The position numbers and the translations under genes were made by a program. Shown one piece after another: positions 10,064-18,785 of a stretch of 64,000 nucleotides of DNA (positions within the stretch are counted from its first letter, which is position 1; each line of letters begins with the position of its first letter). Origin of the DNA: Ruminobacter sp. (GTDB taxonomy: Bacteria > Pseudomonadota > Gammaproteobacteria > Enterobacterales > Succinivibrionaceae); assembly GCA_036311285.1 (NCBI GenBank), contig JAXJQF010000006.1, positions 6,144 to 70,143 on the forward strand, read 5' to 3'. The notes under the pieces are model-generated. The model had not been told where the DNA came from. It made no database searches and worked only from the letters and a program-made list of their open reading frames with translations.

Positions 10064-13000
10064 ATGTTTCTAAGTGAGATATCAATAACCCGACCTATAG
10101 CTGCAATCGTATTAAGCGTTTTAATGCTTATTTTTGGTATTGTTTCATTTTCAAAACTGCCTGTAAGAGAACTTCCTGAGATTAATGAACCTTCAGTATC
10201 CGTTGTAACGTCGTACGCAGGTGCTGCTCCTAATGTTGTTGAAACAAAAGTTACTAAACCAATCGAGAATGAATTATCTGGCATTTCAGGTATAAAGACG
10301 ATTACTTCAACGAGTAGAAGTGGACATTCTAGGATTAATGTTGAATTTAATGAAAAAAAGAACATGATAGAAGCAGTATCTGATATAAGAGATGCTGTAT
10401 CGCGTGCTTCTAAAAAGCTTCCAAAAGATGTTGATGAGCCTATTACAACTAGAGATAATGGCGAAGACGAAGTTGTTTTGTGGTTGAATTTGTCAAGCAC
10501 AAATATGCAAAGATCAGAACTTTCTGATCTAACCAAAAGATTTGTGGAAAAACAATTATCCTTAGTAGATGGAGTCTCTCAAGTTAAGCTTGTTGGGGCT
10601 GTGGATAAGGTTATGTATATAACCTTAGATCCCGATAAGATGAACTCGTTAGAAATAACAGTTGATGATATTGTTGATGCCATTGGTAATGAAAATATTG
10701 AATTACCAAGTGGCGAAATTAGAAATGATGACATGTATTTCCCTGTTAAGGTAAATCGTGTTTACACTGATGAAAATTTCTTTGGATCATTACCTATAAA
10801 GCATGATGGTATTAACGGAACAATAAGATTAAGAGAAGTAGCAGATATAGAGTTTAATGCGAAGAATGGTGAAAGTATTTATCATAGAAATGGTGTTTCT
10901 AGTATAGGTATTGGTATTATTCCACAAAGTAACGCTAATCCTTTGGAGGTTGCTAAAGCTATAAGAAAGGAAGTGGATATATTAAAGGGACAACTTACAG
11001 ATAATGTGGTATTAGCTCTTGATTATGATAGTACTATATATATTCAAAACTCTATAGATGAGGTTTATGAAACCTTAGTTATAACCGCTTTATTAGTTAT
11101 ATTATTCTTATATTTGTTTATTGGGTCTTGGCGTATTACCATTATTCCTGCTATAACAGTTCCAATCTCGTTGATTGCTGCGTTCATCGGTGCTTATATA
11201 ATAGGTTTCTCAATTAATCTAATAACACTTTTAAGTCTTATTTTAGCAATAGGTCTTGTAGTAGATGATGCAATTGTTATGGTTGAGAACATTTCTTATC
11301 ACTTAAAGAAGGGTGAAAATGTATTAGTTGCATGTTGGAATGGGGCGAGAGAGGTTGGTTTTGCGATTGTAGCGACAACGGTTGTTCTTGTTATGATTTT
11401 CTTGCCATTGATCTTTATTGAAGGAGTAATGGGAAGCATGTTCACGGAATTTGCTTTACTATTGTCTTTTGCTGTGGTCTTTTCTTCAGTTGTAGCCTTA
11501 ACTTTGGCTCCCGCTCTTTCTAGTATCTTATTAAAAACAAGATTTATAAAACAACCTAAGGGGATTGTTAAATACTTTGATTTTTTCTTTACATTTGTAG
11601 AAAACAAATATGAACAATTATTAAAAAAACTGTTGTTTAATAAATATCTTTACCCTGGAATATTTGCATTAATTATCGGTGGTATATTCTTATTTTATTC
11701 AAATATTATTCATCAATTTGTTCCAACAGAAGACAGAGGAGTAATATATATTTACGCTTCTGGTCAAGAAGGAGCAAGTATTTATAGAATGAAGAGAAAC
11801 ATGGCTTTAATAGAAGAAAAGCTTTTGCCTTTTATTGATAAAGGCTTGTTCTCTTCTGTAAGTTTCAGTACACCATCTTTGGGACAAGGTTCAGATCAAA
11901 GTGGATTCGTGATTATTCAGTTAGTTGATTGGAGCAAGCGTACTAAACGTTCGAAGGAAATAATAAGCGATTTGAAACTTTTATTGAGTGATATACCTGA
12001 TTTAAAGGTATTTGTATATGAACCAGGATTTAAGGGGAGCTCTCAATCTCCTGTGCGTTATGTTCTAAAGGGACAAGATTATGATGAATTAAATAGATTG
12101 TCTAATAAATTGTTAGATGATGCTTTAAATTCAGATATCATTGTTAATGCTAATACGAATTACACAAATCAAACTCCGGAAATAGAAGTGTCTATTCGTC
12201 AGGATAGGGCTTCTGTGATGGGCATATCTTTAATAAATGTATCTAAAGCTTTACAGACATATTTGGGGGGGACTTCACATACTTCATATGTGTACAAAGG
12301 TGAAGAATATGACGTATTTTTAAAGGCTGAAGAACAAAAGTTTGTTGATATCAATAAAATATCGTCATTAGCAGTTCGCTCAAAGAATGGACAAATGGTA
12401 ACTTTAGGAAGTGTTGCAGAGTTTAAGTTGGTTGCAAGTTCAAAGCGTTTGCCTCATTATGATAGACAAAAGGCTATTACTGTTAGAGGTTATCCAGCTC
12501 CTAATAAGAGCTTGGGCGAAGTTCTTGACTGGATGGATGGTTGGGCTAAACAAAACTTAACAAAGAATGTTACAACAGATTTAACAGGTGAATCAAAGAA
12601 CTTTAGAGATAGTGAGAGTGATTTGGTTTTAGTTATATTTTTATCTTTAGTTGTAACATATTTGGTTTTGTGTGCTCAATTTGAGAATTTTGCTTATCCT
12701 ATAGTTGTAATGATTACTATTCCTCTAGGTGTACTTGGAGGTTTGATTGGGTTGTGGATAAGTGATGTTTCTTTGAATATTTATAGTCAAATAGGGTTCT
12801 TGTTGTTGATTGGAATGGTTACCAAGAATGGTATCTTAATTGTTGAATATGCAAATCAATTAAGAGCTAAAAAGATAGAACTATTAGAAGCAACTGTAAG
12901 TGCCTCAAAACGTCGTTTTAAACCTATTATGATGACATCATTAACAGCAATCATTGGAGCTGTTCCTTTATTGCTTGGTAATGGCTCAGGTTATGAAAGT

Positions 13001-13165
13001 CGTGAGTCTATCGGTGTTGTAATCTTCTATGGTATGACTATTTCAACACTTATAACAATTTGTATTCTTCCAGGTATCTATTATTTCTTTTCTGGTTTTA
13101 TAAAGGTAAAAGCAGATAGAAAGGGGATTATACAGCAAGAATTATCCAAGATTGATAATGAATAG
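10064..13165 (+). CDS. RND efflux transporter permease (AcrB/HAE1-like), 1033 aa
   Basis: 12-TM architecture with two large periplasmic loops. N-terminus ISITRPIAAIVLSVLMLIFG, plus LAIGLVVDDAIVMVENI and GMVTKNGILIVEYANQ motifs. Confidence 0.9.
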   Translation: MFLSEISITRPIAAIVLSVLMLIFGIVSFSKLPVRELPEINEPSVSVVTSYAGAAPNVVETKVTKPIENELSGISGIKTITSTSRSGHSRINVEFNEKKNMIEAVSDIRDAVSRASKKLPKDVDEPITTRDNGEDEVVLWLNLSSTNMQRSELSDLTKRFVEKQLSLVDGVSQVKLVGAVDKVMYITLDPDKMNSLEITVDDIVDAIGNENIELPSGEIRNDDMYFPVKVNRVYTDENFFGSLPIKHDGINGTIRLREVADIEFNAKNGESIYHRNGVSSIGIGIIPQSNANPLEVAKAIRKEVDILKGQLTDNVVLALDYDSTIYIQNSIDEVYETLVITALLVILFLYLFIGSWRITIIPAITVPISLIAAFIGAYIIGFSINLITLLSLILAIGLVVDDAIVMVENISYHLKKGENVLVACWNGAREVGFAIVATTVVLVMIFLPLIFIEGVMGSMFTEFALLLSFAVVFSSVVALTLAPALSSILLKTRFIKQPKGIVKYFDFFFTFVENKYEQLLKKLLFNKYLYPGIFALIIGGIFLFYSNIIHQFVPTEDRGVIYIYASGQEGASIYRMKRNMALIEEKLLPFIDKGLFSSVSFSTPSLGQGSDQSGFVIIQLVDWSKRTKRSKEIISDLKLLLSDIPDLKVFVYEPGFKGSSQSPVRYVLKGQDYDELNRLSNKLLDDALNSDIIVNANTNYTNQTPEIEVSIRQDRASVMGISLINVSKALQTYLGGTSHTSYVYKGEEYDVFLKAEEQKFVDINKISSLAVRSKNGQMVTLGSVAEFKLVASSKRLPHYDRQKAITVRGYPAPNKSLGEVLDWMDGWAKQNLTKNVTTDLTGESKNFRDSESDLVLVIFLSLVVTYLVLCAQFENFAYPIVVMITIPLGVLGGLIGLWISDVSLNIYSQIGFLLLIGMVTKNGILIVEYANQLRAKKIELLEATVSASKRRFKPIMMTSLTAIIGAVPLLLGNGSGYESRESIGVVIFYGMTISTLITICILPGIYYFFSGFIKVKADRKGIIQQELSKIDNE

Positions 13166-13273
13166 AGTTAAATTTATTTTTAATAAATGTTGATTTAAAA
13201 TAAATTGAGTCTAATATGTATTTTTATAATTATTTTAAAATTATTATTAACGATTTAACTAGAGGTTTTGTCG

Positions 13274-14476
13274 ATGGATCATGTTACAAGAGCTGATTTT
13301 GATAAATATCTAATTGGTATCTATCATCCAGCTGATTTTTTACCAGTAAAAGCAAAAGGTTCAAAATTTTGGGACTCAGATGGTAAAGAATATATAGATT
13401 TTGCAGGTGGTATTGCTGTAAATGTTATGGGACATTGCAGCGATGAAATGGTTTCGGCTTTAACAGAACAAGCTAATAAATTATGGCATATAAGTAATTA
13501 TATGACCACTCAACCTACAATTAAGTTAGCAAAAAACTTAGTTGAAGCAACTTTTGCAGATAAGGTGTTTTTCTGTAACAGTGGTGGTGAAGCTAATGAA
13601 GCTGCTTTAAAGCTTGCAAGACGCTATGCTTATGATAACTTTGGTTCAGAAAAGAACCAAATAATTTCATTTTATAACAGCTTTCATGGAAGAACATTAT
13701 TTGATGTAACTGTTGGTGGTCAAGCTAAGTATTGTGAAGGTTTCGGTCCTTTACCAGGAATGATTGAACATATTGATTTCAATGATATTGAAGCATTAAG
13801 AACTCTTATTTCTAAAGAAAAGACTTGTGCTGTAATTTTAGAGCCTATCCAAGGTGAAGGTGGAGTATTACCAGCAGATAAGGAATTTTTAAAAGAAGTT
13901 AGAGCTTTATGTACTGAAAATGATGTGGTGCTTATTTATGATGAAGTACAAACAGGTTTTGGTCGTACTGGGCATCTATATGCTTACCAAGAGTATGGTA
14001 TTGAACCAGATATCTTAACATCTGCAAAAGGTTTAGGTGCAGGTATTCCAATTGGTGCTATGCTAGCGAGAGAGCATATTGCGAAGTCATTTGTTCCAGG
14101 TACTCATGGTACTACATTTGGTGGGAATCCATTAGCTTGTGCAGTTGCTTGTAAGTCATTTGAATGTGTGAATCGTCCAGAATTCTTAGCAGACGTAAAA
14201 GTAAAGGAAAAGATCTTCAAGGATAAATTAACAGCCTTAAATGCAAAATATGATTGTTTTGTTGACATCAGAGGTTTAGGTTTATTAATTGGTGCTCAAT
14301 TAAAGGATGCATCTAAGTTAATGGAATTTAAAGCTGTTTGTATGCAAGAAGGTGTATTCGTACTAACAGCCGGTAATGATGTTGTACGCATGGTTCCTGC
14401 ATTAAATATTTCAGTTGAAGAAATCGAAGAAGGTTTTGCTCGCGTTGAAAAAGCTGCCGCAAAATTATTTGCGTAG
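13274..14476 (+). CDS. argD: Acetylornithine/succinyldiaminopimelate aminotransferase
   Basis: Collinear with E. coli ArgD as I recall it (DFAGGIAVNVMGH, LWHISN, NSGGEANEAALKLAR, EPIQGEGGV, DEVQTGFGRTG, LTSAKGLG, HGTTFGGNPLACAV). ATG 13274 was chosen because GAGG lies 8 nt upstream; the ORF opens at TTG 13268. Confidence 0.9.
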   Translation: MDHVTRADFDKYLIGIYHPADFLPVKAKGSKFWDSDGKEYIDFAGGIAVNVMGHCSDEMVSALTEQANKLWHISNYMTTQPTIKLAKNLVEATFADKVFFCNSGGEANEAALKLARRYAYDNFGSEKNQIISFYNSFHGRTLFDVTVGGQAKYCEGFGPLPGMIEHIDFNDIEALRTLISKEKTCAVILEPIQGEGGVLPADKEFLKEVRALCTENDVVLIYDEVQTGFGRTGHLYAYQEYGIEPDILTSAKGLGAGIPIGAMLAREHIAKSFVPGTHGTTFGGNPLACAVACKSFECVNRPEFLADVKVKEKIFKDKLTALNAKYDCFVDIRGLGLLIGAQLKDASKLMEFKAVCMQEGVFVLTAGNDVVRMVPALNISVEEIEEGFARVEKAAAKLFA

Positions 14477-14515
14477 TTAGATAGTAATTCAAAATTATTT
14501 TCTGAAATATTGATT

Positions 14516-14552
14516 AAAAAATCCCCCAATTTTATATTAATTGGGGGTTTTT
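14516..14552. terminator. Bidirectional terminator between convergent argD and crp
   Basis: CCCCCAATT (14523-14531) pairs with AATTGGGGG (14539-14547) around a 7-nt loop. An A-run lies upstream and a T-run downstream. Confidence 0.8.
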
Positions 14553-14577
14553 ATGTTAAATTAAGATAAAGTTAATA

Positions 14578-15216
14578 TTAACGACTGTTAAATACTACGA
14601 TAGTCTTACCATGTGCACTGATCACTTCTTGTTCTTCTAAAGTCTTTAAGATTCTACCTACAGTTTCTCTAGAACAACCAACGATTTGACCAATTTCTTG
14701 TCTTGTGATCTTAATTTGCATACCATCAGGATGTGTCATAGCTTCTGGTTGGTGAGCTAAATCCATAAGTGTATGAGCTATACGACCTTGAACGTCTAAG
14801 AATGATAAGTCGCCTACCTTGTGGCTAGTTGTAGATAATCTTCTAGCCATTTGAGCACTTAATCTCATTAAAATTTCTGGATTAACTTGAATTAATTGTC
14901 TGAACTTCTTGTAAGAGATCTCAGCAATTTCACATGAAGTTTTTGCACGAACCCAAGCAGTACGAATTGGATTTTCACTTTCATCAAATAAACCTAATTC
15001 ACCGATGAAATCACCTTGGTTTAGGTATGAAAGGATCATTTCCTTTCCTTCTTCGTCCTTGATTAAAACAGCTACTGAACCTTTTACGATAAAATATAAA
15101 GTTTCTGCTTTTTCTCCAGCGTGAATTAAAGTACCCTTAGCAGGATACTTGTGGATATGGCAGTGTGATAAGAACCATTCTTGAGTTGGGTCTGATTGTG
15201 GTTTGCTAATAAACAT
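14578..15216 (-). CDS. crp: cAMP receptor protein CRP
   Basis: Near-identity over long stretches to E. coli CRP as I recall it ([98 protein letters not shown]). Confidence 0.97.
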   Translation of the reverse strand: MFISKPQSDPTQEWFLSHCHIHKYPAKGTLIHAGEKAETLYFIVKGSVAVLIKDEEGKEMILSYLNQGDFIGELGLFDESENPIRTAWVRAKTSCEIAEISYKKFRQLIQVNPEILMRLSAQMARRLSTTSHKVGDLSFLDVQGRIAHTLMDLAHQPEAMTHPDGMQIKITRQEIGQIVGCSRETVGRILKTLEEQEVISAHGKTIVVFNSR

Positions 15217-15494
15217 TCTAATTCTTCATCCTTTAAAGTAATTTTATATCTATAAAACAAATAGCCAAAATTACCATTTGTTTGGAATAACCAAATTATT
15301 TTATGCTGTTTTGTGGGCATAAATAAAATTAAATTTATTTAGTTATTCTATTTTGTAATATTTTTTTTAATTCTGATTTTTAATCAGCTTAGAAATAAAG
15401 TTTTTAAACTTTATAAATTTTTATGGATAAAATAATACTCAATTTTTTTTTAAATTTCATGTAAAATAATGTTTTATACACAAAACACATTGTA

Positions 15495-15516
15495 TGTTGT
15501 GATGTGTATCACTAAT
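15495..15516. promoter_or_regulatory. CRP-binding site (near consensus) in the crp / acyltransferase divergent intergenic region
   Basis: TGTGA-TGTGTA-TCACT at 15498-15513 versus the consensus TGTGA-N6-TCACA (9/10 core positions). Confidence 0.6.
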
Positions 15517-15678
15517 AGGTATGTTAGATTTCGAAAAAGAATATATTAACGTTAAAATTACCAAGCCAAGTCATAATCCTCTAGTTTATACACTAGGGAA
15601 CGTTAGTAAATGTAACCATAATGATTGACTTGCTAATACTATATAATTAAGACTTAAAATTTCCAAATTAAAAATTTT

Positions 15679-16872
15679 ATGGATTTAATGATGCAGATAG
15701 ATAATGATAAAAACCAGGAAGTAATTACTACTGAAAGTAGTAAGTTTGATGAAATAAGACACTATAACGATTCAGAAGTTCCAAATGCAATTCAAAGTAT
15801 TTTAAACGATGACGAGCTAATCTCTGGGGTTTCTCGTTACATGTTTAAGAAATTACCAAACTTTATGGTTCGTATTCTAAAACCATTTGTTAAACACGTC
15901 TTAAAGAAAAAATTCTCTAAAGTGAAAACTATCAGAGAGGTTCAAGAATATGTTGCAACCTTTATGAAAGGAATTATCAGAGATACAACTGATGGTTTTA
16001 CTTACAGTGGTTTCGATAAGTTAGATAAAAATACAGGTTATTTGTTTATTTCAAATCATAGAGATATTTCTCTAGATCCTGCTTTTATTGATATGGCTTG
16101 TTTTTTTAATGATTTAGATACTGTAAAAATAGCGATAGGTGATAATTTATTACGTAAGCCTGTAGCAACAGATTTAATGAAGCTTAACAAGAGTTTTATT
16201 GTTAAGCGCTCATTAACCTCTCCAAAGGCAAAGCTAAAAGCTTTTTCTGAGTTAAGTGAGTATATTGGTTTAGCAATTGAAGAAAAACATAATGTGTGGA
16301 TTGCTCATAGAGAAGGTAGAGCAAAGGATGGAAATGACTTAACAGAAGAAGCAATCTTAAAGATGTTTTATATGTATGGGAAGAAGAAAGGTTTATCATT
16401 CTCCGAATATATTAAGCAACTAAAGATAGTGCCTGTTTCTATTACGTATGAGTATGATCCTGGTGATGAAGCTAAAGCGAGAGAGCTTTATGAAACTGAA
16501 AAGAATGGCACTTATACAAAATCTGAATTTGAAGATATTGACAGTATTGTAGGTGGTATAAAGGGCTATAAGGGACGTGTTCACATAAGTGCAGGCAAAC
16601 CATTAGAAGCTGAATATGCAGATGCTTCAGAATTAGCTTTTGAAATTGATAGATATATTCACAAGCATTACAGAATGTTCCCATCTGCTATCATTGCTGC
16701 TAATCAATTAGATAATAGTGTTTCTTTAGATGGTATTACTGAAGTTGAAAAGAGTAAATATTTAGAAAGATTAAACTCAATTCCAGAGGAATTAAGAGAG
16801 ATCTTTAATAAGTACTATGCAACTCCTTATTTTAATAATAAGAAGGTTCAGAATATTGAAGGTAAGCACTAA
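15679..16872 (+). CDS. Phospholipid/glycerol acyltransferase family protein (PlsC/LPLAT-like)
   Basis: 397-aa ORF with acyltransferase block I-like FISNHRDISLDPAF and block III-like AHREGRAKDGND. The specific substrate is not inferable. Confidence 0.65.
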   Translation: MDLMMQIDNDKNQEVITTESSKFDEIRHYNDSEVPNAIQSILNDDELISGVSRYMFKKLPNFMVRILKPFVKHVLKKKFSKVKTIREVQEYVATFMKGIIRDTTDGFTYSGFDKLDKNTGYLFISNHRDISLDPAFIDMACFFNDLDTVKIAIGDNLLRKPVATDLMKLNKSFIVKRSLTSPKAKLKAFSELSEYIGLAIEEKHNVWIAHREGRAKDGNDLTEEAILKMFYMYGKKKGLSFSEYIKQLKIVPVSITYEYDPGDEAKARELYETEKNGTYTKSEFEDIDSIVGGIKGYKGRVHISAGKPLEAEYADASELAFEIDRYIHKHYRMFPSAIIAANQLDNSVSLDGITEVEKSKYLERLNSIPEELREIFNKYYATPYFNNKKVQNIEGKH

Positions 16873-16960
16873 TATATTTTAATTTATAAATTATAAAACC
16901 TTGTTTTACTTAAGCTTGAATAAGGTTTTTAAATTTAAAACGAATTAAATTAAGTAAATA

Positions 16961-16994
16961 AAAAAACAGGAATTTAATTCCTGTTTTTTTTTTT
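16961..16994. terminator. Bidirectional terminator between convergent acyltransferase and decarboxylase genes
   Basis: AAAAAACAGGAAT-TTA-ATTCCTGTTTTTTTTTTT: 7-bp stem flanked by an A-run and a T-run. Confidence 0.75.
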
Positions 16995-17043
16995 ATCTTA
17001 TCAACATTGTTCTCTTCGTTGAACTTTATATGTAAAACTTGAG

Positions 17044-18216
17044 TTAAGCTGCGATAGCCATTTCTTTATTAAAAACATATGGACATTCAGCTTCAGTATC
17101 GATTGTTACAATTTTAGTTTTTTCGATAAAGTTGAATGTTGTGCCTGTTGAAATAGTATATGCTCCCATCATTTTACCAATGATTAAATCGCCCATTTCT
17201 AATGTAGGCATTTGAATGTCTTCAGCAATGACATCAATACTGTCACAAGTAGGACCAGCTAATACTGAACTTTTAGTTTGTGAGTATTGTTTGTCTGTGT
17301 ACTTTGGATATATAACGTGGTCAAATAATTGACCGCTGTAGCTACAATATATGCCATCATCTAGATAGTACCATGGCTTTCCAAATCTTTCAGCCTTACC
17401 AACAACAGAACAGATGTTAGTCATAACTGGAGCTGATAAGAATCTGCCAGGTTCTGCAATTACTCTCACTGAAGAGTTTAAGTGAGATAACGCTTCTCTA
17501 ATTGGTTCGCAGAAACTGTAGATATCTGTAATTTGTGCATTATCATAATCCACAGGAAATCCGCCACCAATATCAAGAGTACGAATTTCAAAGCCTTGTT
17601 CTATTGCTTCATGAATTAATGAAACACATGAATTGATTGCTTCAACATGTCTCTTTGGATTTGGAACTTGTGAACCAACATGGAAAGATAAACCTTCAAT
17701 GTCAAAACCTAAAATTTTTGCTCGATGCAGAAGAGGTAATACATGCTCTGGTAAACATCCAAACTTTTTAGATAAATCTACTTTAGTTTCAGGGTTAGGG
17801 AAACTAACTCTTAATAATAATTTAACTTGGTCCTTGAATTTATATAATTTTGTTAATTCTGCTTCGTTATCAAAAACGAAAATCTTGTTACCAAAATTTA
17901 AAGCGTATTCAATGTCAGACTCTTTTTTAATTGGGTGTGTGTGGATACACTTAGCAGGATTGACGTTAAATGATTTTACAAGATCAACTTCACCATTGGT
18001 AGCTAAATCAAAACTAGCTCCTAATTCATTTAAAACTTCTACCATTGTTGGATGTGGTAACGGTTTTAAAGCATAGTGTAAAGTTACGTTTGGAAGGGCT
18101 CTCGATAGTTCCGCGTATTGATGACGGATTGTTGCTTTATCTAATATTAAAAGAGGAGAACCATAATCATTGATTAAAGATTGATAATCAATATCTGCAA
18201 CGAATAAATTGTTCAT
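17044..18216 (-). CDS. Group IV PLP-dependent decarboxylase (ornithine / lysine-ornithine decarboxylase-like, alanine-racemase fold)
   Basis: Motifs HYALKPLPHP (PLP Lys region), SFHVGSQ, DIGGGFP, EPGRFL and GPTCDSIDV. The first ATG is at 18216; the ORF opens at GTG 18231, but that GTG lies inside the only SD-like GAGGTG. Confidence 0.85.
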   Translation of the reverse strand: MNNLFVADIDYQSLINDYGSPLLILDKATIRHQYAELSRALPNVTLHYALKPLPHPTMVEVLNELGASFDLATNGEVDLVKSFNVNPAKCIHTHPIKKESDIEYALNFGNKIFVFDNEAELTKLYKFKDQVKLLLRVSFPNPETKVDLSKKFGCLPEHVLPLLHRAKILGFDIEGLSFHVGSQVPNPKRHVEAINSCVSLIHEAIEQGFEIRTLDIGGGFPVDYDNAQITDIYSFCEPIREALSHLNSSVRVIAEPGRFLSAPVMTNICSVVGKAERFGKPWYYLDDGIYCSYSGQLFDHVIYPKYTDKQYSQTKSSVLAGPTCDSIDVIAEDIQMPTLEMGDLIIGKMMGAYTISTGTTFNFIEKTKIVTIDTEAECPYVFNKEMAIAA

Positions 18217-18222
18217 AGGCTT

Positions 18223-18303
18223 TAATGACACCTCACAAATGGGGTATAACCCCCTGCCAAAAATAATTCAGAAAAATTCTGAATACCGAATAGGGGGTCA
18301 TTA
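18223..18303 (-). promoter_or_regulatory. Structured 5' leader of the decarboxylase gene (alternative hairpins; candidate translational regulator)
   Basis: On the minus strand, ACCCCCU (18298-18292) can pair with AGGGGGU (18255-18249). That pairing encloses a perfect 8-bp hairpin AUUCAGAA/UUCUGAAU (18284-18266). Alternatively GGGGU-UAU-ACCCC (18253-18241) forms, and UAAUGAC (18303-18297) can pair with GUCAUUA (18229-18223) next to the SD. Confidence 0.4.
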
Positions 18304-18785
18304 TTTATTTTTTTCTTTTAGATATCAACAATTATTTTTGTAGAAATGAAAATAATTAATTTTTTAAAAAAATATTTGTAAAATGTGTAAAATTATGAAT
18401 CAGTTTTAATGTTAATTTTTTTGCAAAAAATTATTTATAAATGTTGAATTTCATCTTGTATAAAAGTGTAGAAAATATTGTTATACATTATGTTTTATAT
18501 TTTATGAAATAGTTGTTACTTATTTTTAACAAAATTATTAAATATATGTCACGAATTTATAACAAAATATCAACTAAAACTCTTGAAAAATTGTATTATT
18601 AATAAGTTAATTGTAATAACATGGGATAAGTGTATTTTAGAATTTAAAATTAAAAACAGTATTGTTTTGATTTTGTTGTATCTAAATAACATAACCTATT
18701 AAAAATTAAGTAAGTTTGATCACTTATTAATATGTGTATTCGATGTTGTACAGATATTTGAGTATACTTTGATGAGGTGTCTGGT

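Noticed and set aside
9997-10536. 179-aa minus-strand ORF overlapping the end of the MFP gene and the start of the RND pump gene
   Set aside because: It is entirely antisense to two ORFs with strong family signatures. It has a low-complexity Ser/Leu/Ile-rich translation and no start context. This is a typical shadow ORF in AT-rich DNA.
13166-13273. Search for an ArgR (ARG box) operator upstream of argD
   Set aside because: I found only weak AT-rich partial matches (for example TGAGTCTAATATGTAT) and no TGAAT-N4-ATTCA pair. These are indistinguishable from background in this AT-rich spacer.
15126-15320. 64-aa minus-strand ORF overlapping the crp 5' end in another frame
   Set aside because: The crp frame matches E. 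coli CRP from its first residues. The alternative frame has no support.
16895-16929. Second hairpin (AAAACCTT...AAGGTTTT) after the acyltransferase gene
   Set aside because: It has only an 8-bp A/T-rich stem with a 19-nt loop. The stronger terminator at 16961-16994 explains termination, so this one is not reported as a feature.
17633-18076. 147-aa plus-strand ORF inside the decarboxylase gene
   Set aside because: It is antisense to a CDS with clear group IV decarboxylase motifs. It has no SD and no recognisable domain.
18380-18460. Possible sigma-54 promoter (TTGCA -12-like element) upstream of the pilin operon
   Set aside because: No GG dinucleotide (TGGCAC-like -24 element) lies at the required 11-12 nt upstream. 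TTGCA alone is expected by chance.
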